Assembly: GCA_938044295.1 (NCBI GenBank)
Contig: CALIRC010000120.1
Coordinates: forward strand, 1-35,245
DNA from: Minisyncoccota bacterium
Lineage (GTDB): Bacteria; Patescibacteriota; Minisyncoccia; Moranbacterales; GCA-2747515
Direction of reading: 5' to 3'
Length of the DNA: 35,245 bases
Part shown: piece after piece, positions 1 through 9,823 of the stretch
Layout of the letters: each line of letters opens with the position of its first letter
Position numbering within the stretch: position 1 is the stretch's first letter
Made by a program: the position numbers and the translations under genes
Notes under the pieces: model-generated
What the model was told of the DNA's origin: nothing
The model's input: only the letters and a program-made list of their open reading frames with translations
Databases searched by the model: none

Positions 1-345
1 AATCCAATTGATATAATCATTTTTTGCAAGTTCAGAAAGAGCGCGGTTCGTATGATGCAGAGCTGCGACAAAACTTTCTGACAATGAACGTTTTGGTCGA
101 GAAAAATATTCCTTTTTGTATTCTGCGGTAAGGAAGTGTACGATGTGCGCATTCCAGGAGCTTTTGTCACGAACAACAAAAAACCCACACGTCGTACCAA
201 GATGTTTTTGCGTAAAATTATGTCCAGTAAGATTAATCTGTTCAATATAGGTACGGTTCTTCGCGCTTGTAGCAACAAAAACATCACTGACATGTAGACG
301 AAGTTGTGGAGAAGGTTTTTTCTTGGATTTCTTGCGTGTAGCCAT
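1..345 (-). CDS. hypothetical protein, N-terminal 115 codons (gene runs off the left edge)
   Basis: Not in the supplied track because it is truncated. A reverse-strand ATG at 345-343 opens a stop-free frame to position 1: MATRKKSKKKPSPQLRLHVSDVFVATSAKNRTYIEQINLTGHNFTQKHLGTTCGFFVVRDKSSWNAHIVHFLTAEYKKEYF... It is divergent from the 664 gene across a 318-bp AT-rich spacer. No family recognised with confidence. Confidence 0.5.
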   Translation of the reverse strand, partial: MATRKKSKKKPSPQLRLHVSDVFVATSAKNRTYIEQINLTGHNFTQKHLGTTCGFFVVRDKSSWNAHIVHFLTAEYKKEYFSRPKRSLSESFVAALHHTNRALSELAKNDYINWI

Positions 346-663
346 ATAATGAGAAGGAAATATAGTCACGATCTAATACCTTTATTATACAGGAGTGTTT
401 ATAAGGAAGCTATAGAGATTAATGCATAAAGTACATTACAGAATACTGAGCAAAGAATATTCTTCTAAAGTATAAAAAAATATGCTATAGTTGCAAACTG
501 TGCTGCTTCAAAAAGATATGAACAAGAACAGTTGAGTTTTTGCATGAGAAATAGTACACTGAGAAATAAGAAGAAAGAGTCAAATAAGTAGGGATGTATT
601 ACAGTATACTCTACCAAAAAAACTAAAATCCACTGTAAATGAGATCAGAAATAAGCCTTAACT

Positions 664-1266
664 ATGCCTGAAATTTTAGAAACACTAATGGGATCAAAAT
701 CGCGTGCCCGCGTCATGCGGTTTTTTGTGCTAAATCCGGGAAAACAGTTCACAACAAGTGATGTGCGGGAAAAAACACAGGTCACACCAACAGAAGTCCG
801 TAAAAACGTCACAGCATTACAAAAAATTGGCTTAATAAGAGTAGTTTCAAAAAATGGAAAAAAACACTATATACTCAATGAGTCATTCGTGTACTATGTA
901 GAACTAAGAAATTTGTTTGTCAAATCAAATGTATATCCACATTGCAGTGAAGTAAAAAACCTTAAAAATGTCGGCAATATAAAGCTCGTGATGATTAGTG
1001 GTGTATTTATGAACTATGATCGTAGTGCAATTGACCTACTAGTTGTAGGTGATGACATCAAGCGAGAAAAACTTCTCAAAGTCATCGAAGCAATCGAAGC
1101 TGAGATTGGGCATGAAATAAAGTATATGGCATTAACTATGGAGGATTTTCATTATCGCATTGAAATGATGGATCGTTTCCTTATTGAACTTTTTGCAGGA
1201 CCACAAGACGCAATCATCAACATGGTCCCGCGACTAGCACGTTTTATTGCGGAAATTAAGAGATGA
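664..1266 (+). CDS. winged-helix (ArsR/MarR-like) DNA-binding protein with an uncharacterised C-terminal domain
   Basis: 200-aa ORF. The N-terminus GSKSRARVMRFFVLNPGKQFTTSDVREKTQVTPTEVRKNVTALQKIGLIRV has the helix-turn-helix plus wing pattern of small wHTH regulators. Ends in TGA. The opposite-strand ORFs are shadows. Confidence 0.6.
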   Translation: MPEILETLMGSKSRARVMRFFVLNPGKQFTTSDVREKTQVTPTEVRKNVTALQKIGLIRVVSKNGKKHYILNESFVYYVELRNLFVKSNVYPHCSEVKNLKNVGNIKLVMISGVFMNYDRSAIDLLVVGDDIKREKLLKVIEAIEAEIGHEIKYMALTMEDFHYRIEMMDRFLIELFAGPQDAIINMVPRLARFIAEIKR

Positions 1267-1435
1267 GGAATACATCTTATAATAAATCTATATAGATGAA
1301 AAATTTTAGCAGTATTTAAATGTCTACGAATAATTCTGACAGTGTAAAGGTAAAAGTTGATAGTGAGGTGCATCAAAGTAATACTGTAAAAAAGCCATGT
1401 GACTAGATAGAGCAAAAAAAATAAAAAACCTACCG

Positions 1436-2530
1436 ATGGACCCAATACTCATTATTCTCATCATTCTAACAATACTAGCAGTCATCAACATATGGCTTCT
1501 ATTCATGAATCGCAATACATCAGAACATGGCGAGAAAATGAATGCTATTGCAAGACAACTTGAGCTGATGGACTCATCAGGAGAGAGGTTACGTAGTGAT
1601 GTGGATGAAAAGCTAGAAAACATACATCGTGCAGGACAAAACCAGTTCCGCGAAGCGCGAGAAATAATCACCGAGATCACACTGAAGTCCGACAGACTCA
1701 TTGACAATGTTTCGAAAAAACTTGGCGATCTTGATAAGACCAATCAAAAAATCGTCGATTTTAGCGGACAACTGAAAAATCTACAAGATATTCTAAAAAA
1801 TCCGAAGCAGCGTGGTGTGTTAGGTGAGTACATCCTTGAGCATGTTCTTGCAAATGCATTGCCGCCAGATTCTTTCAGTATGCAATATAAATTTTCAGAT
1901 GGAGAAATAGTGGATGCTGCAGTATTTGTAAAAGATAAAATCGTACCCATAGACTCAAAGTTTTCTCTCGAAAATTATGAGCGTGTACTTGAAAGTGGTT
2001 CGCGTGAAGAAAAGGAGTACTATCAAAAAATATTCAAACAAGATCTTAAAACAAGAATTGACGAGACAGCAAAGTACATCAGACCAGATGAAGGAACAAC
2101 AGAGTTTGCATTCATGTTTATTCCATCAGAAGCGATCTACTATGATTTACTAGTAAATACTGTAGGGGCAGTCAATGTAAATACGACAAATATGATTGAG
2201 TATGCTTTTCGAGATAAGCATGTTGTCATTGTTTCACCTACATCATTTCTTGCATATCTTCAGACAGTTCTACAAGGCTTAAAAGCGCTTGAAATTGAAG
2301 ACAATGCTAAGCAAATCAGAAAGCGAATCACAGAACTATCAAAGCATTGGAATAGTTTTGACCTATTTATGGGAAAACTTGGTAAAACAATGACTACTTC
2401 TGTAAATCAGTACAATCAAGCATACAAAGAGTTTGGAAAAATCGATCGTGATGTTATGCGTATTACAGGTCGTGAAGAAAAAATAATAGCACCAGAAAGC
2501 ATCTCAAAACCAGAAATTGATATAAAATAA
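1436..2530 (+). CDS. rmuC: DNA recombination protein RmuC
   Basis: 364 aa. N-terminal TM helix (ILIILIILTILAVINIWLLF), a long coiled-coil, then RmuC-type core motifs: KQRGVLGEYILEHVL, VDAAVFVKDKIVPIDSKF, FAFMFIPSEAIYYDL, VVIVSPTSFLAYLQ. Confidence 0.85.
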   Translation: MDPILIILIILTILAVINIWLLFMNRNTSEHGEKMNAIARQLELMDSSGERLRSDVDEKLENIHRAGQNQFREAREIITEITLKSDRLIDNVSKKLGDLDKTNQKIVDFSGQLKNLQDILKNPKQRGVLGEYILEHVLANALPPDSFSMQYKFSDGEIVDAAVFVKDKIVPIDSKFSLENYERVLESGSREEKEYYQKIFKQDLKTRIDETAKYIRPDEGTTEFAFMFIPSEAIYYDLLVNTVGAVNVNTTNMIEYAFRDKHVVIVSPTSFLAYLQTVLQGLKALEIEDNAKQIRKRITELSKHWNSFDLFMGKLGKTMTTSVNQYNQAYKEFGKIDRDVMRITGREEKIIAPESISKPEIDIK

Positions 2531-2549
2531 AGGAGAGAAAAATAACGCT

Positions 2550-2957
2550 ATGCAAAATACACTAATCACACAGTACAGAAGACGGATCGTCGACTTTGGG
2601 AGAAAGCCAACAGAAAACACGCAATTTCTAGAAAATGCAATTGTACAGTGGATTAGTATTCTAGTTGGGATGCTCGTATTTTTTGCTTTTGTACTACTGT
2701 TTTTTAATATAAAACCAACTGAAGCTCTGATCAAGCTACAATACAACGTCTACTTCGGAGCTAGTGTTCGTAGTAGTTGGTGGAGTCCATATATTTTAAT
2801 AGCAATGGGAATTGTTTTCTATCTGATAGATCTAGTTTTAGCATTTATATTATACAATGAAAAATTCCGCATCGGAGCATATGTACTACTACTAGGAGGA
2901 TTTTTTGCCCATATAGGACTTCTCGTCGCAGTGATTAGTATAATAATGAACAATTAG
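2550..2957 (+). CDS. small integral membrane protein (3-4 TM), unknown function
   Basis: 135-aa ORF preceded by AAAGGAGAG (2526-2534). Hydrophobic segments: ILVGMLVFFAFVLLFF, ILIAMGIVFYLIDLVLAFIL, YVLLLGGFFAHIGLLVAVISII. Confidence 0.7.
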   Translation: MQNTLITQYRRRIVDFGRKPTENTQFLENAIVQWISILVGMLVFFAFVLLFFNIKPTEALIKLQYNVYFGASVRSSWWSPYILIAMGIVFYLIDLVLAFILYNEKFRIGAYVLLLGGFFAHIGLLVAVISIIMNN

Positions 2958-3042
2958 GAGGGGTAAAACATGTAAAATTATTGACGACAAAGAAAGTTTT
3001 ACTAATGTACTACAAAAGAAAAAAAAGTAATGCGAGAAAAAA

Positions 3043-4773
3043 TTGCATGTGATATATTATAGGAACATGACACAAAAAAAATTCACATTTCCAAGTCCTC
3101 AAACTACAAATAAAAAAGAGTACTGGAAACAGCGATCGCTAGAGGTTATTCCTGCAATTCTGACATGGGCAACGCTTATTGGCATGGTTGTCTTCTCTTT
3201 TTTTGTACCCATTGCTGTTGCTATTTTTATTATCGCATTTGATATATATTGGATTCACCGCACAATATTCATCTCTTACTATTCCATAAAGGCGTATAAA
3301 AGATTAAAAAATGATCAAAAAATCGATTGGTTAGCTAGGTGTAGAGGTGTCGGAAACTTAGTCGAGTATCGTGAAGAAGTGAAAAATCGTATTCGCGCAA
3401 ATTGGGAGTTGCTAGCACACACCAAAGAAAAAAAGCAGAAAAAAATCCTTCGCACAATGCTATCACAAGACAAAGTCCTATTGGGTGAATTAGAGTCATT
3501 TAGCCAAGATCAGGTAGTACCATGGGAAGAGATTGTCCATGTAGTAATGCTGCCTACAGCGACAGAAGTTGCTGAGAATATCGACCCAGCCCTTAAGAGT
3601 TTGCAAGTGAGTCACTATCCAAATGACAAGATTATAATTTTACTAGCAACAGAAGAGCGAGAAGATCCTGAAAAACGTAAAATCAAAGTAGATTTCCTGC
3701 GACAAAAATACGCTGGCGTATTCAGAGACTTTATAGTGTCAACGCACAAAGTAGCAGACGGAGAGATGAAATGTAAAGCATCAAATGCAACGTACGCAGC
3801 AAAAAAACTAAAAAAATACTGTGATGACAAAGAGATCGACTATAAAAATGTAATTCTTTCAAATTTTGATTGTGAATCAGTAGCACACCCAGAATATTTT
3901 GCAGCACTTACTTATGCATACATCACTGAACCAAAAAGATTACAACGAGCATATCAACCAATTCCGCTGTACCACAACAATCTGTGGGAGACAAACGCCT
4001 TCGTACGCGTGATCGTCACAAGTTCATCATTTTGGCATATGTTTCAAAGCACAAGACGTGAGATGGTAACATTTTCATCGCATGCTGAGCCATTTGATAC
4101 AATTATCAAAATGGGGTATTGGCCAGTAAATATGATCAGCGAAGACTCAATCATATACTGGAAAGGGTATGCCTATTTCGACGGTGACTACGCTGTGAAA
4201 CCAATCTATGTACCTGTATCGATGGATGCTGTGCTTGCAGAATCCTACTGGAAAACAATTGTAAATCAATACAAGCAGAAAAGACGATGGGCGTACGGCA
4301 TTGAAAACTTTCCCATCATCATGCGTGCACTGTGGCCAAATAAGCGTATTCCAACATTCGAAAAAATTCGTATCGGATTTGAGATGCTGGAAGGACATCA
4401 TTCATGGGCAACATCAGCACTTATGCTCGCATTACTAGGGTGGTTACCGCTGATTTTTGGTGGTCCTGAATTTAATCAATCGACATTGGCACATAACTTA
4501 CCATTAGTAACACGCTATCTCATGACAATTGCAATGTGTGGTCTTATCATCTCTATTGCATTATCTTTTCTTTTGCTTCCACCACGACCAGAACATCTTT
4601 CAAAAAAACGCTACATTTACATGGCAACACAGTGGTTGCTTGTGCCTGTGATCGCTCCATTTCTTGGTGCATTGCCGGCAATTGAATCACAGACACGCAT
4701 TCTCCTAAAGCGGTACTTTACAGAGTTTTGGGTAACCGAAAAAATAGTAAAGAAAACGAGTGGAAGTAAATAG
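3043..4773 (+). CDS. membrane-embedded processive family-2 glycosyltransferase (cellulose/chitin/hyaluronan-synthase-like)
   Basis: 576 aa. N-terminal TM pair, a cytoplasmic GT-A-like domain (VMLPTATE, NFDCESV, MISEDSIIYWK), the QxxRW-type motif QKRRWAYG, and several C-terminal TM helices. An alternative start exists at 3067 (MTQKKF). Confidence 0.8.
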   Translation: MHVIYYRNMTQKKFTFPSPQTTNKKEYWKQRSLEVIPAILTWATLIGMVVFSFFVPIAVAIFIIAFDIYWIHRTIFISYYSIKAYKRLKNDQKIDWLARCRGVGNLVEYREEVKNRIRANWELLAHTKEKKQKKILRTMLSQDKVLLGELESFSQDQVVPWEEIVHVVMLPTATEVAENIDPALKSLQVSHYPNDKIIILLATEEREDPEKRKIKVDFLRQKYAGVFRDFIVSTHKVADGEMKCKASNATYAAKKLKKYCDDKEIDYKNVILSNFDCESVAHPEYFAALTYAYITEPKRLQRAYQPIPLYHNNLWETNAFVRVIVTSSSFWHMFQSTRREMVTFSSHAEPFDTIIKMGYWPVNMISEDSIIYWKGYAYFDGDYAVKPIYVPVSMDAVLAESYWKTIVNQYKQKRRWAYGIENFPIIMRALWPNKRIPTFEKIRIGFEMLEGHHSWATSALMLALLGWLPLIFGGPEFNQSTLAHNLPLVTRYLMTIAMCGLIISIALSFLLLPPRPEHLSKKRYIYMATQWLLVPVIAPFLGALPAIESQTRILLKRYFTEFWVTEKIVKKTSGSK

Positions 4774-5091
4774 AAATGCAAAGATGAGAACATATGCCTA
4801 AGTATGATATGAGGCAAAAAAAGAACTTCAGCTAATCACAGAAATTGATATCACACAGAAAAAGTAGTTTCCTATGAAAAAGTGTACCAAGTATGTAAGT
4901 CTCTAATGAGCTTTTGTGCATGCGAAGTACAAAAAATACAAACATCTACGCAAAAAAGACATCATCATACATTAGTATCAGCAGTGATCTCGCAAAAAAA
5001 GTACTGCAAAAAGAAATATTACTGCCTCATGATTATGGAGGGTATACGAATAAGAAAGCTTTAAATCATTTTTCTCTGTCAATTACGATCT

Positions 5092-6114
5092 ATGAATCTT
5101 TACATACCAGCATTCCTCATAGCTTTTGTGGTGACAGTTTTTGTACTCGGTGTGCTCTATCATATCTTTAGAGAAACCACGCTCTTTCGCTCACCAATAG
5201 GTGGACGTCATATCGGGAAAGGGCATGCCTTGCGAATTGGTGGTATTGCAATGGCAAGTGGTTTCTTTATCGCGCTGATCAGCGATGTAAATCTTATTCT
5301 CGACACAAAAACGCTCTATATGATGGGCGGTATAGGAATCTTTGTGATCATCGGAATATATGATGATCTCAGTAATCTACATTGGAAGTACCAGATGGGA
5401 ATGCAAATATGTATCAGTGTAATACTATTCCTTATGGGTATACGAATTCAGTCACTGACACTATCCATAGGTACAATAAATTTTGACACAGGGCTCATGT
5501 TGGTATGCGGCCTAATCATAACTATTTTGTGGATTATAATAATTATAAACGCACTTAATTGGAGTGATGGTATTGATGGTTTAGCAGGTGGTATAACTAT
5601 GATCGCATCCGCTACACTTTTTATACTTGCACTGCGACCAGAAATAAATCAGCCGCCTGTAGCAATAATAACAGCTGCACTAGGAGGTACAGTGCTCGCA
5701 TTCACTTGCATCAATCTCTACACAGGAAAAATAATTGCAGGATCATCAGGAACATATTTCATGGGATCTGTGTTAGCAATACTTGCTATTTTTGCGGGTG
5801 CAAAGATCGGCACAGCATTACTCGTATTGATTGTGCCACTGATCGACGCACTATGGGTCATCATCGCAAGAAAAAAGGCAGGGAAGAGTATTTTTCAAGC
5901 TGACACAAGACACTTACACCACAGACTTATTGAACAAGGTTGGCGTAAATGGCATGTACTTTTGGTATACTACGGATTAACTGTAATCGGTGCGCTGTGT
6001 GCTCTCGGTACGCAATCAGTAGGAAAAGTAGTAACATTCGTATTCTATGGAGTCATAATTATACTTCTAATGATGACGTTTACAGTAATGACAAGACAAA
6101 GTAACGCACTATGA
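5092..6114 (+). CDS. polyprenyl-phosphate N-acetylhexosamine-1-phosphate transferase (MraY/WecA family, Pfam Glycos_transf_4)
   Basis: 340 aa and polytopic. Family motifs: YDDLSNLHWKYQ, NALNWSDGIDGLAGG, and the C-terminal DTRHLHHRLIEQGW. The HLHHRL form is closer to WecA/TagO than to the MraY HHHFE form. Confidence 0.85.
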   Translation: MNLYIPAFLIAFVVTVFVLGVLYHIFRETTLFRSPIGGRHIGKGHALRIGGIAMASGFFIALISDVNLILDTKTLYMMGGIGIFVIIGIYDDLSNLHWKYQMGMQICISVILFLMGIRIQSLTLSIGTINFDTGLMLVCGLIITILWIIIIINALNWSDGIDGLAGGITMIASATLFILALRPEINQPPVAIITAALGGTVLAFTCINLYTGKIIAGSSGTYFMGSVLAILAIFAGAKIGTALLVLIVPLIDALWVIIARKKAGKSIFQADTRHLHHRLIEQGWRKWHVLLVYYGLTVIGALCALGTQSVGKVVTFVFYGVIIILLMMTFTVMTRQSNAL

Positions 6115-6542
6115 AAAGCCATAGAATACTGATCGCAAGCATAATTCTACCAATAATTGGTATGATAGGGCTCTTCATATTTTTTTCGCCGTACACGGAT
6201 CATTTGATGAATATAAACGGAAGCCTTACATTTATTCAGGTAAGAAAAGATGCGCCAGGTTGGGCAAAAGGACTATCAGGACGGAAAGAAATATGTAATC
6301 AGTGTGGTATGCTTTTTCTTTTTCCAGAAGAAGAAGAGCAAATTTTTTGGATGAAAGATATGCAATTTGATATTGATATTATATGGGTCCGAAAAGGTAA
6401 AATCGTACAGATCAATCATCATGTTTCACATAAGACACCGCTCAAAAAAATAAAGTCAATGCAACCAGTAGATCGTGTTCTTGAGTTACCCGCAGGAAGA
6501 GCGCATTTTCTGGGATTACGTAGTGGTGATGAGCTATTCTGA
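6111..6542 (+). CDS. DUF192 (COG1430) family protein
   Basis: 143 aa. The start overlaps the upstream stop (ATGA at 6111-6114). Motif string GMLFLFPEEEEQIFWMKDMQFDIDIIWVRKGKIVQI ... RVLELPAG is typical of DUF192. Confidence 0.8.
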   Translation: MKSHRILIASIILPIIGMIGLFIFFSPYTDHLMNINGSLTFIQVRKDAPGWAKGLSGRKEICNQCGMLFLFPEEEEQIFWMKDMQFDIDIIWVRKGKIVQINHHVSHKTPLKKIKSMQPVDRVLELPAGRAHFLGLRSGDELF

Positions 6543-6580
6543 AAAGAAGATGAAGACTTAACAGTCATAAAGAAGATATG

Positions 6581-6586
6581 TATAAT
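6581..6586 (+). promoter_or_regulatory. candidate -10 element (TATAAT) for the 6613 gene
   Basis: Perfect TATAAT hexamer with TG immediately upstream (6579-6580), 27 nt before the ATG at 6613. No convincing -35. Confidence 0.4.
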
Positions 6587-6612
6587 AAAAGGACAAAAAA
6601 TTATTCCACAAT

Positions 6613-7431
6613 ATGTCGAGAAATACTAAAAGAACAGTCATCATTGCAATCTACCTCACGATCTTTTCAGGGATAGGGTGGTTTCTGTGGAATATGCTAC
6701 AGGCACCAGCATCGTGCAGTGACGGGAAAAAGAACCAAAACGAACAAGGTATTGATTGTGGTGGGGTCTGTGTCTCGTGTCCAGATGTGATTGAAGCAAA
6801 GCCATTTGAAATAAAAAGTGTTAGCATGGTCACAGGGGGACAAGGACGCTATGATGTTATTGTAGAAATAAAAAATCCAAATTCAATTTACGGAGCAAAG
6901 AAAATACCGTATGTAATTGTCTTACGTGATGCAGAAGGAATCGAGATCGAACGAGTAGAAAATGAAAGTTTTGCCCTACCAAGTCAATCTCGTTACATTG
7001 CAGAGCTCAACATCCCATCAAATACAGTGCCTGCCCGCGCAGAAGCAATAATTAATAGCAAAGAAATTCAATGGGTAAAATTTGTTGACTACGAAGATCC
7101 AAACTTTGTAGTAAGTGGTGAACGGTTCGGTACAGTAGAAAGTGGAATCAACTATGCACAAGCATTTGGCATCGTAAACAACAGAAGTACATTTGATTTT
7201 CAGGATGTTGGTGTTATCGTAATCCTAAAAAATGAAAAAAACAAACCAATTGCAGTAAACAAAACAGTTATGCGTGATTTAATTGCATATCGTCAAAGAG
7301 ACTTCTCACTGTCGTGGCCATATCGTTTCCCAGGAAAAATCACAACAATGGAAGTAGAGGTTGAAGCAAACGTATATGACTCAGAAAATTTCATCAAAAA
7401 ATACGCGCCCAGCAGTACTGGAAGTCGGTAG
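6613..7431 (+). CDS. membrane-anchored extracytoplasmic protein with a small Cys-knot (GIDCGGVCVSC) and a beta-rich domain
   Basis: 272 aa. N-terminal anchor VIIAIYLTIFSGIGWFLW, then CSDGKKNQNEQGIDCGGVCVSCP, then a domain whose strand-like pattern (YDVIVEIKNPNS...) resembles CARDB-type beta-sandwiches. The last point is inference only. Confidence 0.7.
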   Translation: MSRNTKRTVIIAIYLTIFSGIGWFLWNMLQAPASCSDGKKNQNEQGIDCGGVCVSCPDVIEAKPFEIKSVSMVTGGQGRYDVIVEIKNPNSIYGAKKIPYVIVLRDAEGIEIERVENESFALPSQSRYIAELNIPSNTVPARAEAIINSKEIQWVKFVDYEDPNFVVSGERFGTVESGINYAQAFGIVNNRSTFDFQDVGVIVILKNEKNKPIAVNKTVMRDLIAYRQRDFSLSWPYRFPGKITTMEVEVEANVYDSENFIKKYAPSSTGSR

Positions 7432-7460
7432 AAATAGCAATCTTTTTCAGGGAATGATCT

Positions 7461-8573
7461 ATGATAGTAAGGCATTTTTTCAACCTTGACTTTATATTGA
7501 TTCTAACAGTCAGTGTAATCAGTGGTCTAGGACTTACAATAATTTACAGTATGTTTGGTGCAGGCGAAACAGCAGGTCTTTTTTTGCGTCAACTGATATA
7601 TGCATGCATTGGAATCGGAATAATAATTACTATTGGAATAATAAATTACGATCATTTAAGAACATATTCAACACTGCTATACATGACTGCACTATGTGCA
7701 TTAGCCTATGTACTCATGTTTGGTGTTACAGTAAATGGGACGGCAGGATGGATTGATATTGGAGTTGCAAAAGTACAACCCGTTGAATTCGCAAAAATTA
7801 GTTTGATTATTTTTCTCGCACACTTCATCTCTACAAAAAGAACTGAGCTAGGCGAAGTACCAACAATCATCGGCTCATTTTTTATAATGGGGATTGTTGC
7901 AGGATTCACACTCAGACAACCCGACACTGGATCTGCGCTTGTAGTTGTAGCTATTTGGTTTGGGATGATTGTTGCATCTGGAATCAAGAAGCGCTACCTA
8001 TTTGGATTTGTGATACTAGGTGCTATTGTTGCAGTACTCTCGTGGAGTGTGCTAGCGCCATATCAACAAGCACGCATTACAAACTTTCTCCAACCGCAGA
8101 GCGATCCAAAAAACACTGGATACAATGTCATTCAATCTATGATTGCTGTAGGTAATGGTGGCGCAACAGGTCGCGGTGTTGGTTATGGAACGCAGTCTCA
8201 ACTCAATTTTCTTCCAGAAAAACACACAGATTTCATCTTTGCATCATATGTGGAAGCATTTGGCTTTGTAGGAGCAGCCTTTTTACTCATCTTATTTTTA
8301 GTAGTTTTTGTGCGACTCAGAGTGACTGCACTATATGCACGAGACGCATTTGGATACTTTCTGACAGTTGGAATCACGATACTATTATTTGTCCATGTTG
8401 CCGTAAATATAGGTATGAATATGGGTGTATTGCCAGTAACGGGCATACCATTGCCATTCGTAAGCTATGGGGGAAGCGCTATAATAAGTATGGCATTAGG
8501 AATTGGTATTGTGCAAAGTGTCTATAGACACCGAGAAAAAGTACTTGCAAAAAACATTCAAGAGTCATATTGA
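7461..8573 (+). CDS. SEDS-family peptidoglycan polymerase (FtsW/RodA/SpoVE)
   Basis: 370 aa with about 10 TM segments. Motifs: QPVEFAKISLIIFLAHF, RQPDTGSALVV, GTQSQLNFLPEKHTDFIFA, GVLPVTGIPLPFVSYGGSA. Confidence 0.9.
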   Translation: MIVRHFFNLDFILILTVSVISGLGLTIIYSMFGAGETAGLFLRQLIYACIGIGIIITIGIINYDHLRTYSTLLYMTALCALAYVLMFGVTVNGTAGWIDIGVAKVQPVEFAKISLIIFLAHFISTKRTELGEVPTIIGSFFIMGIVAGFTLRQPDTGSALVVVAIWFGMIVASGIKKRYLFGFVILGAIVAVLSWSVLAPYQQARITNFLQPQSDPKNTGYNVIQSMIAVGNGGATGRGVGYGTQSQLNFLPEKHTDFIFASYVEAFGFVGAAFLLILFLVVFVRLRVTALYARDAFGYFLTVGITILLFVHVAVNIGMNMGVLPVTGIPLPFVSYGGSAIISMALGIGIVQSVYRHREKVLAKNIQESY

Positions 8574-8735
8574 GCAAACTAAAAAGCCTATAAAAAGGCG
8601 AAAAACAGTATGAAAGGCTGTTTCCAGCATTGATAATATATGAGATAATAATTAATAAGATGGCAAAACTCCCGAAATAAATGTACTGACAAACCCCTTG
8701 CCAATTTCCTTTAATTACGCTAAGATACTTTTTGT

Positions 8736-9068
8736 ATGGAATTTGAACACAAGCACAAGCAGGTGATCCCACAGAAATGTCCAGTATGTGAAGTTAGTCA
8801 AGAAGATCTCAAATCGATGCCAGTTGGTCATAGTGAAGATCGTATGATTATGCATGTGCAATGCACTAAATGTAATAGTGCAATCATGGTATTTATTACG
8901 CAAAATGATGTAGGGATGATGACATTTGGTGTGATGGTTGATGTGCATGATACAGAAGCTGGAGAAATGTTTAGTCAAAACCCCATCAATGACGATGATG
9001 TAATAAACGTCCACAGATACTTGCAGAAAGAAGGTACAAACATACATGATTTTGTAGAGCAACAGTAG
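8736..9068 (+). CDS. small zinc-ribbon protein, unknown function
   Basis: 110-aa ORF with two CxxC pairs (CPVCEVS ... CTKCNS) about 35 residues apart. Its composition is more protein-like than the overlapping antisense ORFs at 8715-9200 and 8975-9268. Confidence 0.5.
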   Translation: MEFEHKHKQVIPQKCPVCEVSQEDLKSMPVGHSEDRMIMHVQCTKCNSAIMVFITQNDVGMMTFGVMVDVHDTEAGEMFSQNPINDDDVINVHRYLQKEGTNIHDFVEQQ

Positions 9069-9101
9069 AAGATATATATAATTTCTAGAATTGACGAGCA
9101 T

Positions 9102-9779
9102 ATGGAACAGATCAACCTCGCAGTAAGCAAAAGAGAAGAAACTGGACGCAAAATTCGTAAAGCACAAAACAATCGTATTCCAGGAGTCGTATACGGACAT
9201 GGCTTTGAAACAGTAAATGTTTGGGTGGATGCTACAAGCTTGACGCGAACTTTTGAAAAAGCGGGCACAAATACAATCGTTTCTGTAGAAATTGGGCAGT
9301 CAGAGCCAGTAAAGGCACTGATTCACGATTTTCAAGTAAATCCAATCACAAATAAGATTATACATGTCGATTTCTTCCATGTGCGCATGGATGAAAAAGT
9401 AGAAACACACATCCCAATTGTAATCACCGGAGAATCACCAGCAATTAAAAACATGGGTGGCACACTCAATCATATCGAGTCAATTACAGTACGTGCATTA
9501 CCAGGTGATTTGATACATGAAATTACAGTTGACATTACAAAAATTGAAACATTTGAGGACCGTATTACAATAGCCGACCTAAATTTAAGTGAAAATATTG
9601 AAATTCTTACAGATGAACAAACACCAGTTGCTTCAGTGATTGCACCGCGGACGCAGGAAGAAGTTGATGCAGCTGACGACGAAGTCGATGCAGATGTAAG
9701 CAAAGTCGAGGGTGCACTTGATGATTCTGATCAATCTAGTGAGGAAGCATCAGAAGAGAAAAAAGAAGGCGCAAAGTAA
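9102..9779 (+). CDS. rplY: 50S ribosomal protein L25, Ctc form
   Basis: 225 aa. RKIRKAQNNRIPGVVYGHG, IHDFQVNPITNKIIHVDF and a long acidic C-terminal tail (DEVDADVSKVEGALDDSDQSSEEASEEKKE) are typical of long-form L25/Ctc. Confidence 0.9.
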   Translation: MEQINLAVSKREETGRKIRKAQNNRIPGVVYGHGFETVNVWVDATSLTRTFEKAGTNTIVSVEIGQSEPVKALIHDFQVNPITNKIIHVDFFHVRMDEKVETHIPIVITGESPAIKNMGGTLNHIESITVRALPGDLIHEITVDITKIETFEDRITIADLNLSENIEILTDEQTPVASVIAPRTQEEVDAADDEVDADVSKVEGALDDSDQSSEEASEEKKEGAK

Positions 9780-9789
9780 ATCATGAAGG

Positions 9790-9823
9790 AGACTTGATCA
9801 ATCAAATGACAAGTCTTTTTCTT
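9790..9823 (+). terminator. intrinsic terminator after rplY
   Basis: AGACTTG (9790-9796) pairs with CAAGTCT (9810-9816) around a 13-nt loop and is followed by TTTTCTT. It lies 11 nt after the rplY stop. Confidence 0.55.

Noticed and set aside
1152-1950. Antisense ORFs opposite well-supported genes: 1152-1445, 1324-1743 and 1744-1950 here. The same applies elsewhere, for example 8715-9200, 10145-10393, 17010-17408, 17742-18164, 25152-25910 and 28006-28473.
   Set aside because: They are shadow ORFs of AT-rich coding sequence. They are Ser/Phe/Cys/Ile-rich, carry no motifs, and each is fully overlapped by a gene with clear family signatures on the other strand.
4774-5091. ORFs 4882-5064 and 4914-5171 in the 318-bp spacer before the WecA-like gene, and a possible structured RNA there.
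   Set aside because: Both ORFs have odd composition (Cys/His/Lys-rich with no domain pattern). One overlaps the well-supported 5092 start. I found no convincing helices or known RNA motifs, so I treat the region as a long promoter/leader.
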